DNA from: a virus
Taxonomy: Duplodnaviria > Caudoviricetes
Reading direction: 5' to 3' (one strand)
IMG/VR virus record: IMGVR_UViG_3300031696_000001
Location: 1 to 62,169 of that record
Length of the DNA stretch: 62,169 nt
The notes under the pieces were generated by a model, which saw nothing but the letters and a program-made list of their open reading frames with translations, was not told the origin of the DNA and ran no database searches. Shown piece after piece: positions 54,501 through 62,169 of the stretch (positions are counted from its first letter, which is position 1; each line of letters starts with the position of its first letter). The translations under genes and the position numbers were made by a program.

Positions 54501-57500
54501 AGATCCAAAATTAAAGAAACAACTACAGAAATTTAGTGATAATTATACTGAAACTCCACAGTTTCAAGATGAAGAATATCTTGCTGAATTAATTGGTACT
54601 CTTGCAGATAATTATAAATCATTAAAAAGGCCTGAAAAAACTATAGTTCAGAAGTGGTTAAATAAATTAAAGAATATAATGGGTATGGAGGCAGAGGTAA
54701 TAGATACTGATGCTGATACATTAGATTTATTAGCTACTATTGCTGAGAATATTAAGGAAGGTAAAGAAATTACAGAGTCTGATATTTCTCAATTAGATAC
54801 GTTTGAACAAGGAGAAGGCGGTGAAGTAGGTGTTTTAAACTTTTCAGATAAAGAATCTAAAATAAACCCAGCCCCAAAAGTCGAGTCAGATAGTAGGCCA
54901 TTTTCAAGCCTTATAAAAAATAAAGATATTAGTGACTTTGATGGTCAAAACTTTGTTACCAATATGTATGACTTTACTACAGCTGGTATAGTTGATATTG
55001 GTAATGGTATTACTTTACAGTTGGAGGGCGGTAAAAGTTATGTTCCATTAATGATGAGTAGAAAAGGGTTAAAAATAGGTGATGTATCAAATCTTGCTGC
55101 CTTTAACACTAAGTCTCAAGCTGAAGGGTTTATTAGAAACTCACAAGAGGGTAACGCTAAACTATTTATGCCTCACTCTGGAACATTAGAAGGGTCTTGG
55201 CAGTTCCAACAATCTATATTTGAACAGATTATTAAAGTTATTTTAGACAATAAGATTGTAACAAACAAAGAATTAATATCATCTCTTAGTAAGGGTCTTG
55301 TAAATAAAAAGGGAAAAGAAATAAAAGAGTGGAGAATATTTAAGGAAAATTACAAGAAGGCTACAGGTAAAGACATAAATAACCTTGATTCTTTTGTTAA
55401 AGATCCGTTGCAATTAGTTAAATTATTAGATATTGAAAACAACTACTCTCCAGATTTAAGAAAAAGATTTAACTCATTGGTAATCTCTATCAAAAAATTT
55501 AAAGATGCGACTGGAGTAACAAGTAAAACAGACTTTGCTTTAAAGATAATGGATCCTCTTAATGAAGGTATAGAAGCGTTTGATCTTATGTCCGTTATAG
55601 AGTTTGATAATACAACTTTTGAAATAAGTAAGCCTAAAAAAGGAGATGTTGATTATCATCCATCTTTTGCGTGGACTATTAAAGCAAAAATCAAAGGTAT
55701 ATACCAACCAACTAATTTTCAGAAGTCTTATGATATAACTGATTCATATGTTAAATATAATCAAGAGGGACCTTCAAAATCTACAAGAGATAATAAGTTA
55801 GAAAGAGAATATGGATTAGCGTTAAAAGGAAAAAAGATTAACGATAAAGGAAAGGTTGTAAAGCGAAGTAAATCAGAGATTGGGGGTGAATTTTATGAGG
55901 GAACATACCCAGAGTTTCAAGAATATAAGTTTCAAGTATCTAACGTAGCAAGTAGTGCAGGGTCTATACCAAAGGTAGCTAAAGTAAATAATACAACTGA
56001 TAAAGCACAGAAACTAACAACTGAAGAGGTATATTCTGAAATAGGAATGACTACTGATGAGGTTAAGGCTTGGAAAAAGGATAACAATAAAAGTATTAAA
56101 ATGCCTCATCCTAAGGCAGCTCTTGAGGCAGCTAATAGTTACTCTAATGGAGATATAACTCTTAATGAATACAATGAAATTATTCAAAAAGAAATGCCTA
56201 TTACTCCTTACACTAAGGTTCCAAAGCCTGCTACTATAAAGGATGTAGTTTTAGCATTACAGCCTAATAAAGTTCAGAAAGGAATTATAGGATTAACAAC
56301 AGAAATTAAGGATGGAGAAAAAGTATCATCTCGTTTAGATATACCATCATATCAATCTCATGGTATATATGTAGATACTATTCATGGTCCTAAAGGTAAA
56401 GGAGTACTTGGATACGGGCAGACAGCTGTTCTTAAAAATGTAGAATTTACAAGTAATGCTAAAAAAGCATTAGGGGTAGCTAAAGGTACTCAATCAAAAT
56501 CACCATTTGCCGTTATGGATGGGTCGTATGTTAATGAAAGTACAGAGAGTGCAACTAAGAGAGCTCAAGAAGCTCTTAATAGTAATGAGTGGGTTCAGGT
56601 AGGATTTAATCCTTATCGTCAAGCATCATTCTATAATAAAGCAGATAGCAGGCCTGTTACATCAGCTGCTGAAATTATACAAGTTGGACCATTAGTAATG
56701 GCTAAAGGAGTGAAGTATGGTAAGCCTTTAAAAATATCACCAGATGGAAATGAAAGATTTCAATTAGTGGATGATTATTCTGTAAAAGAAACAGGTCAAG
56801 GAGAGTTTACATTAATGAAGGGAATTAGAAGGGCGGGAGAGATGTCTATTGCTGAATTACAATCTGATAAACCAAGTGTATCCCAAGTGTACATCAAAAA
56901 ATTTGATCAAGGGAAAGGATTAGCTCCTGATATGTATAGAGAGATAGCTAATATATTAGCTCTTAAAGGAAAAATATTAACATCTTCTAAGTTCACTAAT
57001 AATGCTTCACAAGGAGTATGGAAAAGATTAGTTAAAGATGGTGATGCAATAGTTATAGGCAGTCGTATTGATGCTGAGGGTAAAAAAAGAGATCTATATT
57101 CTATGCTTCCTACAGATCCTTTATTAGAAGGAGTATCTAATGAACGTGAGCAAAAAACAACTCCTGATAGTATTGAGGGATATAATAGAATGATTAAGGA
57201 GGTTGAAAATATTATATCTAAATCTGAAAAACGTGGGGTAAAGTTTAATGATATTTCTAAGAATGTAATTAATTACATCCAAGGATCTAAGGTTTATGAA
57301 ATAGCTACTGACATCCAGCGTGAGGATATTATAAGGGATGTGAGAGCAAAATTTGGTATAAAAGAAAAAGCAGCTCCATCAGTAAAGAATGTAATAGGTA
57401 AGGCAATGTCTGTTCTTTTTGGAGAAACAAAAGAAATAAAAAAGTTTACTGTAACAGAGAAACAATTATTAATACAAAGACTTAAGCAATTAAACGAAGG

Positions 57501-60500
57501 AGCTAAAACAGCTAAGAAATCTTTTATGAAGGCCAGTAAAGAACTTGCAGATGGTGTATCTGAAATGGTTTCTATTGGTAAAATATCTACCAAACAAGCT
57601 GCTGCTGTTATAAAAAGATTCAGTAAGGTTAATATGTTTAATGAGGCATCTATAGAAAGATTTGTAGACTATATGGCTAAAGTATTTGCTAATGCTGAAT
57701 ACGCTGAACAGATTGCATTTGCAAGAAAGAAAGTTAAACAGGCTAATAAAAACATCAGAACAAAACTTGGTATAGCAACTGACTTAATTAATCCACTACA
57801 AAGATTATTTAGTATTGATCCAACATTAATTCCTGACAGTGTATTTAAAAAATACCTATCACTTGTAGAGGTGTTTGGGGAAAGAGCAACAGTTCTTACA
57901 TTAGAGCAAAAGCAAGAAACTCTTAAGGAAGTTCAAGATGTACTTGATAAAATAAATGAGGAGCAAAGTCAAGCTGAGGAGATGGCTTTGATATTTGCTG
58001 ATTATAAAAATAAAGTATTCAACGATGATGGTAAACTAAACTACGCTGAGACTATTAAAGCTATGTTAGAAGACGGAAAAATTGATGAAGACTCCGCAGC
58101 TATTATGCGTAAGTATAAGAGTGATATTTTACCTCAAATTGATGCAGTAGAAAAAACTGATGAGCAAATTCAAGAAGAAAAGGATGAGGTTATAGAGGAG
58201 TTTAATAATATAATTATGGATGTCTCTAATCTTCCAAGTCAAGATGAAAGAAATTTAGCTCGTAGATTAAATAAGTTAATAGATACAGTGGCTCTTGATA
58301 AGCTTAATCTTACTCAACTTAAGAACTTACTTAAGGTTATTGATAATATTAATAATGGATACTTGCCTCACTATTCTCAGTTGTTAGTAGAACAAATGAA
58401 TTCAATAAACGATTCAGAAAAATTAACTGACGCTATAGGTAACGCAAAACCATTACTAATTTCTAAATTTATAGCTAAGATTAAAACACTTTTAACAAAA
58501 AAGAAAGATGCTTATTTAGAGATGATAAGAAGAAATCCTTTATATAATATAGACCAATTATTTGGTAATTGGAAAGGGAAAGAAATTTTTGATTCTTTAT
58601 TTTCTAAGGTTGCCGAGGGAGTAGCGACTTATAATTCTGAGTACAATAAAATTCAGAAAAAAATAGAAAAATCTATTAATGATGTATCTAAGTCATTTAA
58701 AGGTAATCCAGCTAAAACATTAGAATCATCATTTAAACAAATGGCTTATATGATTCAGTTAGAGTTTCAATCTAATCCAGATAGCAAACAAGTTAATCCT
58801 GCATCTGAGTATATGAAAAAGACTATAAAAGCTATAAGAGATGGGAAATCTGCTTTATACACAGAGAATGATGCTCAAGTTCTTGAGAAAATACTAAAAG
58901 ACTTTAGTGATAAAGACGGAAATATTAGTTTAGAAAAGTTAGATAAATCATTTAATAATGCTGAAAAAAACTCTATAAAAACTGTTAGAGAAATAAACCA
59001 ATCTCTTTTACCTGTAGCTGAATACACATCAGCTATTATAAGAGGAGATAAAATAAACCCACTAACAAATTACATTCACTTACCTGTAATGAATGAATCA
59101 AAGCCTATAGATGTTACAGCTGATGTTGTTAGAAGTTTTGGTGAATCTCTTAATCCATCTACAAAAGCAAAGTCTTTAATAGAAAGAACTGGGAAGGTTT
59201 CTCCTATCAATTTTAATATATATTCATCGGTTCAAAAAGGATCTAAAATGGTATTGATGGATAGACACCTAACAGAACCTATTAGAACAGCAAGACGTAC
59301 TCTTAATAGGACAGAATCTACATTAGAAACAGAAAATGGAGGAACAATTCCAGTAGAACAAAGAAAGGTGTTTAATGCTATTAAGGCTGCTTTTTTAGAA
59401 TCTTCAGATAATCTTTTACAAAATACATTTACAGAAACTACTATAGCTGATGATGTTGTTAATTATATTAGTAAGCAAGGATATAGATCTGTTCTTGCTG
59501 GTACCCCCAGATTTATGGCTGAACTTACTTCTAATATAGGATTTGCATTAATGATTAATCCTAAGGCATTTAAAACAGGTATTAATAATAGAGGGTTTAT
59601 TTTATCTGCTGAAGCTCCATCTGTAATGCAGAATGTAGGTAGTAAGCAAACAGGCAGAATATTTTCTGGAGATACATTATCTGGTAAAATGATAGACACT
59701 AATATACTTAACCAAAGTGCAGGTACAGAAAATGGCAGAACCAGGGGGATTATAGCTAATAAGATTCAACAAATATATAATCTATCATTAAAGAAATATA
59801 TAAACTTTGTAGAGTTAACTGCTGACGCTTTAATATCTACTCCTGATAAATTAGTAATGAGGCCTATATGGTTTGGGGATTTTGCTAATGTATTTAAGGC
59901 TGAGGCAGGTGTTGAGGTGGACTTCAATAAGATAGCTGCTAATGATGAGGCTTATATGAAAGAGTATTCTGAAGCAATACAGAAGGCTAAAGATGCTGCC
60001 GATGAAACATCTGTTAAGACTGGAGCAACTGATAATCCATTTATGAATGTACTAAAAGGTAAATCAAAACCTAATCAAACAGCTTTTCTTAGAGCTTTCA
60101 ATAACTTTAATGGTTTTATGATGAATTTTTTACTATTTGAATATGTGACAGCAAGAACAGGTCTTTATGCCGCTATGGGTAATGGTACTATTACAAAAAA
60201 GCAAGGGATAGCAACTTTAGCTGCAGTAACAACTCGTATGATAACATATACTCTACTAACTCAAATGCTTGGGTCTGGGTTAATCGGACTTCTGTTTGGT
60301 AGTGATGAGGAAGAAGAAAAAAAATCTATAGGAAAACAGATTGGACAAGCTATTTCTTCTGCATTCACATCATTATTAATTGGAAGAGACTTTGGAAATG
60401 CTGTTAAATCAATACTAAATCAAGGAGTTGAAGTGTTTAACGAAGAGTATCTTGACTTTCTAAGAGAAGGTGAGTATGATCCGTATAAAGATAGTATTCA

Positions 60501-60885
60501 GTACACTATAGTTCCTAAGAAAGCTAAGGAAGATTTTAGAGGTACAGGTATTGGCGATATTCTTCTTAGACTTACAGGGTCATTTGGTCCTGCTTTAAAG
60601 ACACTTGATTTAATAACTAAAAAATATACAGAGAGTGTTAAAAAAACACCAGCTGCTCGAATGAGACAGGTTAAAGAGATAACTCAAAGAATACCATTAG
60701 AGGTATTTGGTCACTTAGGATTAATTCCTCTATATAAAGACATTAGAAAAGTAGTTATGAAAAAACTTTATAAAGATCTCAGAAACTCAGATAAAAAAGT
60801 TTCTAAAAAATCTAAATCTAAATCTAAATCAAAAACATATGATAGTGATATGTTTGATGATTCATCTGGAATGTTTGATGATTAA
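51502..60885 (+). CDS. giant internal virion / polyvalent cargo protein
   Basis: 3127 aa; Gly/Ala hydrophobic segment, HEIFH...EEYLAE zincin motif, QGKGLAPDMY GNAT-like motif. Confidence 0.75.
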   Translation: MDNLEKLYNVLKRDGFITKSFDEFVDQATQDSDYQDKIFNVVSREDLFTGSPDEFSKKYFSELATSPVEEVKKKDDSQPTGEEEVMVSDTEVVDERGSSEPSVQINSEEEIVDPETLGEIEQIQEVPNRFGADTPKEEMFLHDDEIAIGVQPGEEDTTIEEIFGKNEFTDFFGDMWRAGAQGQAQGGTVDESLELLMKGGNASQNDIEEFLISYQAMQRAGVSDEMNAFNKIYQKDGGGILGFIKGVAANPTVVPQLFISSVSAMVNPTVLAAATAGAVAGSVIPGAGTIAGGMFAAGTTLETALTFGELLEEALDGEPMTNANIRSVLEDAEKMSSIRMKALGRGLAIGAIDGLTGGLATKLTTSVAKATSKAGKTVSRLTAATAGGTLEAVGGSTGEVVGRLVAGQEMDVAEILFEGVAGTATAPITVGAGLLNAARKPPVYEMNKGPATRADIIELLESDDTDAILDAEVSVENDPELSKQVEAAKKKILDKKVLNRDLKDAGITDQNAIDEMTALEEEAEALKGNNTRAGKRRLAEINQRIDDILDTAAVEQEVEVTIEDKVTTESERLAALEETLEGKDLEVLQLMRDKNKSQDMIDNHIKNKAKNTGKGNQLSTKFKAEDTLLNPEGKSFAELVSAYSLIFEGKNLPVKTIQDILADTPDLRDLNLGNTNRFYPLQQAILNFESYQNKKNNQKTKQDAIQEVSVEEQEVEIQKERDDYEKKYFTLDEENQKNKDKGETYSYSAENLNEGFTLEEAQEAKRVMEAKHDNLLKTKTEQNAIQESSTESVDVQEPTESSTEVGDGNTQRNATQESIESEADTETQSQEEVETVTENSDGTLSIPNPKTGKVAKLKGKKIGETSNLYISDMISENIDPSYEGNTEAKTKQENYITKIAIKAAKSIAKLLPNTNIILHSTEASYNKGAGQVSQIYTRKKGSRGVFKPTTNDIHINMTHANAKTIAHEIFHALLYNKFKSDERIGIVTYKMVESIKKKITDPKLKKQLQKFSDNYTETPQFQDEEYLAELIGTLADNYKSLKRPEKTIVQKWLNKLKNIMGMEAEVIDTDADTLDLLATIAENIKEGKEITESDISQLDTFEQGEGGEVGVLNFSDKESKINPAPKVESDSRPFSSLIKNKDISDFDGQNFVTNMYDFTTAGIVDIGNGITLQLEGGKSYVPLMMSRKGLKIGDVSNLAAFNTKSQAEGFIRNSQEGNAKLFMPHSGTLEGSWQFQQSIFEQIIKVILDNKIVTNKELISSLSKGLVNKKGKEIKEWRIFKENYKKATGKDINNLDSFVKDPLQLVKLLDIENNYSPDLRKRFNSLVISIKKFKDATGVTSKTDFALKIMDPLNEGIEAFDLMSVIEFDNTTFEISKPKKGDVDYHPSFAWTIKAKIKGIYQPTNFQKSYDITDSYVKYNQEGPSKSTRDNKLEREYGLALKGKKINDKGKVVKRSKSEIGGEFYEGTYPEFQEYKFQVSNVASSAGSIPKVAKVNNTTDKAQKLTTEEVYSEIGMTTDEVKAWKKDNNKSIKMPHPKAALEAANSYSNGDITLNEYNEIIQKEMPITPYTKVPKPATIKDVVLALQPNKVQKGIIGLTTEIKDGEKVSSRLDIPSYQSHGIYVDTIHGPKGKGVLGYGQTAVLKNVEFTSNAKKALGVAKGTQSKSPFAVMDGSYVNESTESATKRAQEALNSNEWVQVGFNPYRQASFYNKADSRPVTSAAEIIQVGPLVMAKGVKYGKPLKISPDGNERFQLVDDYSVKETGQGEFTLMKGIRRAGEMSIAELQSDKPSVSQVYIKKFDQGKGLAPDMYREIANILALKGKILTSSKFTNNASQGVWKRLVKDGDAIVIGSRIDAEGKKRDLYSMLPTDPLLEGVSNEREQKTTPDSIEGYNRMIKEVENIISKSEKRGVKFNDISKNVINYIQGSKVYEIATDIQREDIIRDVRAKFGIKEKAAPSVKNVIGKAMSVLFGETKEIKKFTVTEKQLLIQRLKQLNEGAKTAKKSFMKASKELADGVSEMVSIGKISTKQAAAVIKRFSKVNMFNEASIERFVDYMAKVFANAEYAEQIAFARKKVKQANKNIRTKLGIATDLINPLQRLFSIDPTLIPDSVFKKYLSLVEVFGERATVLTLEQKQETLKEVQDVLDKINEEQSQAEEMALIFADYKNKVFNDDGKLNYAETIKAMLEDGKIDEDSAAIMRKYKSDILPQIDAVEKTDEQIQEEKDEVIEEFNNIIMDVSNLPSQDERNLARRLNKLIDTVALDKLNLTQLKNLLKVIDNINNGYLPHYSQLLVEQMNSINDSEKLTDAIGNAKPLLISKFIAKIKTLLTKKKDAYLEMIRRNPLYNIDQLFGNWKGKEIFDSLFSKVAEGVATYNSEYNKIQKKIEKSINDVSKSFKGNPAKTLESSFKQMAYMIQLEFQSNPDSKQVNPASEYMKKTIKAIRDGKSALYTENDAQVLEKILKDFSDKDGNISLEKLDKSFNNAEKNSIKTVREINQSLLPVAEYTSAIIRGDKINPLTNYIHLPVMNESKPIDVTADVVRSFGESLNPSTKAKSLIERTGKVSPINFNIYSSVQKGSKMVLMDRHLTEPIRTARRTLNRTESTLETENGGTIPVEQRKVFNAIKAAFLESSDNLLQNTFTETTIADDVVNYISKQGYRSVLAGTPRFMAELTSNIGFALMINPKAFKTGINNRGFILSAEAPSVMQNVGSKQTGRIFSGDTLSGKMIDTNILNQSAGTENGRTRGIIANKIQQIYNLSLKKYINFVELTADALISTPDKLVMRPIWFGDFANVFKAEAGVEVDFNKIAANDEAYMKEYSEAIQKAKDAADETSVKTGATDNPFMNVLKGKSKPNQTAFLRAFNNFNGFMMNFLLFEYVTARTGLYAAMGNGTITKKQGIATLAAVTTRMITYTLLTQMLGSGLIGLLFGSDEEEEKKSIGKQIGQAISSAFTSLLIGRDFGNAVKSILNQGVEVFNEEYLDFLREGEYDPYKDSIQYTIVPKKAKEDFRGTGIGDILLRLTGSFGPALKTLDLITKKYTESVKKTPAARMRQVKEITQRIPLEVFGHLGLIPLYKDIRKVVMKKLYKDLRNSDKKVSKKSKSKSKSKTYDSDMFDDSSGMFDD
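53849..54001 (+). CDS. nested (+1 frame) 50-aa basic protein MPFKSQAQRAWMYKNLPKVAQKWETETPKG...
   Basis: Open frame with an A-rich start context; resembles small phage proteins of the MPFKSxAQRxxM...AxxW type. Confidence 0.65.
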   Translation: MPFKSQAQRAWMYKNLPKVAQKWETETPKGTLPKKVSRVKQILKRNRKRK

Positions 60886-61303
60886 AAATTATTTTAAATA
60901 TCTATTTAAAATATTAAAGTATTATGATGTGCAACCTTTACTATTATTTTGGTGCGTATCTGATATATTAAACAATCAAGTTCTTTGGACGGACTATAAG
61001 TATTGGTTTGATTTAGGTCAGCCTAATACATATTATTTATATTGTGCTTACTTGGTGGTTAGTTTAGGAGTTTTTTTATCTATGTATTCTATTAAGAGAT
61101 GTAGTTATTTTGTATCGGCTTATCTAATATTAACTTTATTTGCTACTGTTAGATATGTAGTTAGTTTAGTTTCTAATCCTGAATCTACATTTGACTTATC
61201 TGTATTAAGAGCATTAATAATTACATTCTTTTATTTATTAATATGGGTTTGGATATGGGTTAAATTACAAAGAGAAATGTTAGATAGAAAAATGAAAAAA
61301 TAA
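60878..61303 (+). CDS. multi-pass membrane protein (likely start 60878)
   Basis: About four hydrophobic helices. Confidence 0.7.
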   Translation: MIKNYFKYLFKILKYYDVQPLLLFWCVSDILNNQVLWTDYKYWFDLGQPNTYYLYCAYLVVSLGVFLSMYSIKRCSYFVSAYLILTLFATVRYVVSLVSNPESTFDLSVLRALIITFFYLLIWVWIWVKLQREMLDRKMKK

Positions 61304-61590
61304 TGGATCAAAATTTAATGACAATAATAACATCATTAATTGCCGTACTATTTGGTGGTGGTGCTTGGAAATTTTATGAGTTTATAATAAAGAAAAAGGC
61401 TGGAGATAAAAAAAGCATTAGATCAGAACAGACTATGTATAGGGATGATCTTATTTCAAGAGTAGAAAGATTAGAAAAAGACAAAGATAATTGTAGTGAT
61501 AAGCTAATGGATATAAGCCAGAAACTTGCAGCTTTAACCGTAGAACTTGAATTTATAAAGAAAGAAAATGAAAGACTAAAATATAAATAA
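61303..61590 (+). CDS. membrane-anchored coiled-coil protein (holin/spanin-like)
   Basis: N-terminal TM (LFGGGAWKFY) then coiled coil. Confidence 0.65.
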   Translation: MDQNLMTIITSLIAVLFGGGAWKFYEFIIKKKAGDKKSIRSEQTMYRDDLISRVERLEKDKDNCSDKLMDISQKLAALTVELEFIKKENERLKYK

Positions 61591-61591
61591 T

Positions 61592-61828
61592 ATGAAAAAC
61601 TTTAACGAAGACTTGTGTATGAGGAATAGTTATGAATTGCTTTTAGGGAAGAAGACAATAGATCAATTAGTTGATAACAATGATAACTTATATTTAATCT
61701 TCAGTCCTGAGTACAAGCTGGTTATAATGGAGGATGATGTATATGATTCTCTTATTGATTACTTTATTTATACTGAGGAGTATGAGAAGTGTGCGGAGAT
61801 ACTGAACCTTAAGAACTCTTTGGTTTAG
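61592..61828 (+). CDS. hypothetical protein with UVR-like C-terminal motif
   Basis: YFIYTEEYEKCAEIL. Confidence 0.7.
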   Translation: MKNFNEDLCMRNSYELLLGKKTIDQLVDNNDNLYLIFSPEYKLVIMEDDVYDSLIDYFIYTEEYEKCAEILNLKNSLV

Positions 61829-61934
61829 ATTTTTTATTATATTTTCTTGATATCTTATCTTCTATATATCTTATAAATATAATCATAAAGGCTATAAACA
61901 ATACTAAAAAGGCTATTAAGTTTAGATACATCAT
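61809..61934 (-). CDS. small membrane protein (41 aa)
   Basis: MMYLNLIAFLVLFIAFMIIFI then a basic tail; ATGA overlap. Confidence 0.55.
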   Translation of the reverse strand: MMYLNLIAFLVLFIAFMIIFIRYIEDKISRKYNKKSKPKSS

Positions 61935-62107
61935 TCTGATAAAAGTCTTAGTAGTTGGCTGCTTGTGTAAATACGGTCCTCCCCGTCATAATTTTCATAG
62001 ATCATAGTAAAATTATCATCCTTCCAAGTCCATAAAGACCTAACATTCTTTTTGATATTATCTTTTAATATCCATTTAATTGTTTTGTATGTTCTTTTTT
62101 CTTCCAT
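61931..62107 (-). CDS. small hypothetical protein (58 aa)
   Basis: MEEKRTYKTIKWILKDNIKKNVRSLWTWKDDNFT... Confidence 0.65.
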   Translation of the reverse strand: MEEKRTYKTIKWILKDNIKKNVRSLWTWKDDNFTMIYENYDGEDRIYTSSQLLRLLSE

Positions 62108-62169
62108 AGTTTAATATCCAAATTCTTTGCAGCGTTCATCTTGCTCTGTTAATTATATTTCTTTTAGTT

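Larger units (their letters stand above)
1..62169. other. Tailed phage genome (podovirus/crAss-like head-tail architecture, Bacteroidota host), probably complete and circularly permuted
   Basis: Replication, packaging, head, tail, cargo and lysis modules are all present. Bacteroidota-type promoters recur. Minus-strand small genes occur at both window ends. Confidence 0.9.

Noticed and set aside
54930-54950. DFDG in the giant protein as a crAss-type virion RNA polymerase site
   Set aside because: It reads DFDGQ and lacks the third Asp, and host-type promoters are used throughout
328-59699. Many short ORF-track entries antisense to or inside real genes (e.g. 328..549, 7975..8316, 13275..13595, 14763..15065, 15875..16183, 25266..25631, 57294..57593)
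   Set aside because: Shadow frames without start context or protein-like features
1-62169. Stop-codon reassignment as in some crAss-like phages
   Set aside because: Long genes are intact in the standard code, and both TAG and TGA end real genes

Overview
The window looks like a complete or nearly complete, circularly permuted ~62 kb genome of an AT-rich tailed phage infecting Bacteroidota (probably Flavobacteriia). The host is inferred from many TAnnTTTG promoters, A-rich starts without Shine-Dalgarno sequences, and a VirE-N primase-helicase. The genome has two arms that diverge from a non-coding region at ~14.16-14.69 kb. The minus-strand arm (14162 to 1, apparently continuing at 62169 to 61809) holds small early genes, a DnaA-domain-IV-like protein, Sak/RecE-like recombination genes, SSB, primase-helicase, SF2 helicase, VRR-NUC and HNH. 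The plus-strand arm holds GroEL/GroES, basic peptides, lysis genes, fibres, a 2OG-Fe(II) oxygenase, terminase, portal, scaffold, major capsid protein, podovirus/crAss-style ring and muzzle tail proteins, and ejected cargo proteins including a 3127-aa protein. I recognised no DNA polymerase, RNA polymerase, integrase, tRNA or CRISPR array. The main signals outside the ORF track are: (1) a consensus-perfect type I hammerhead ribozyme between early genes (12809-12863, minus strand); (2) two copies of an unassigned, covarying two-hairpin RNA motif in neighbouring early intergenic spaces; (3) two matching iteron/(AT)n origin-like elements; (4) a 50-aa basic gene overprinted inside the giant cargo gene, plus a candidate -1 frameshift near that gene's start. 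All functional calls come from motif recognition by eye, and no database searches were run.
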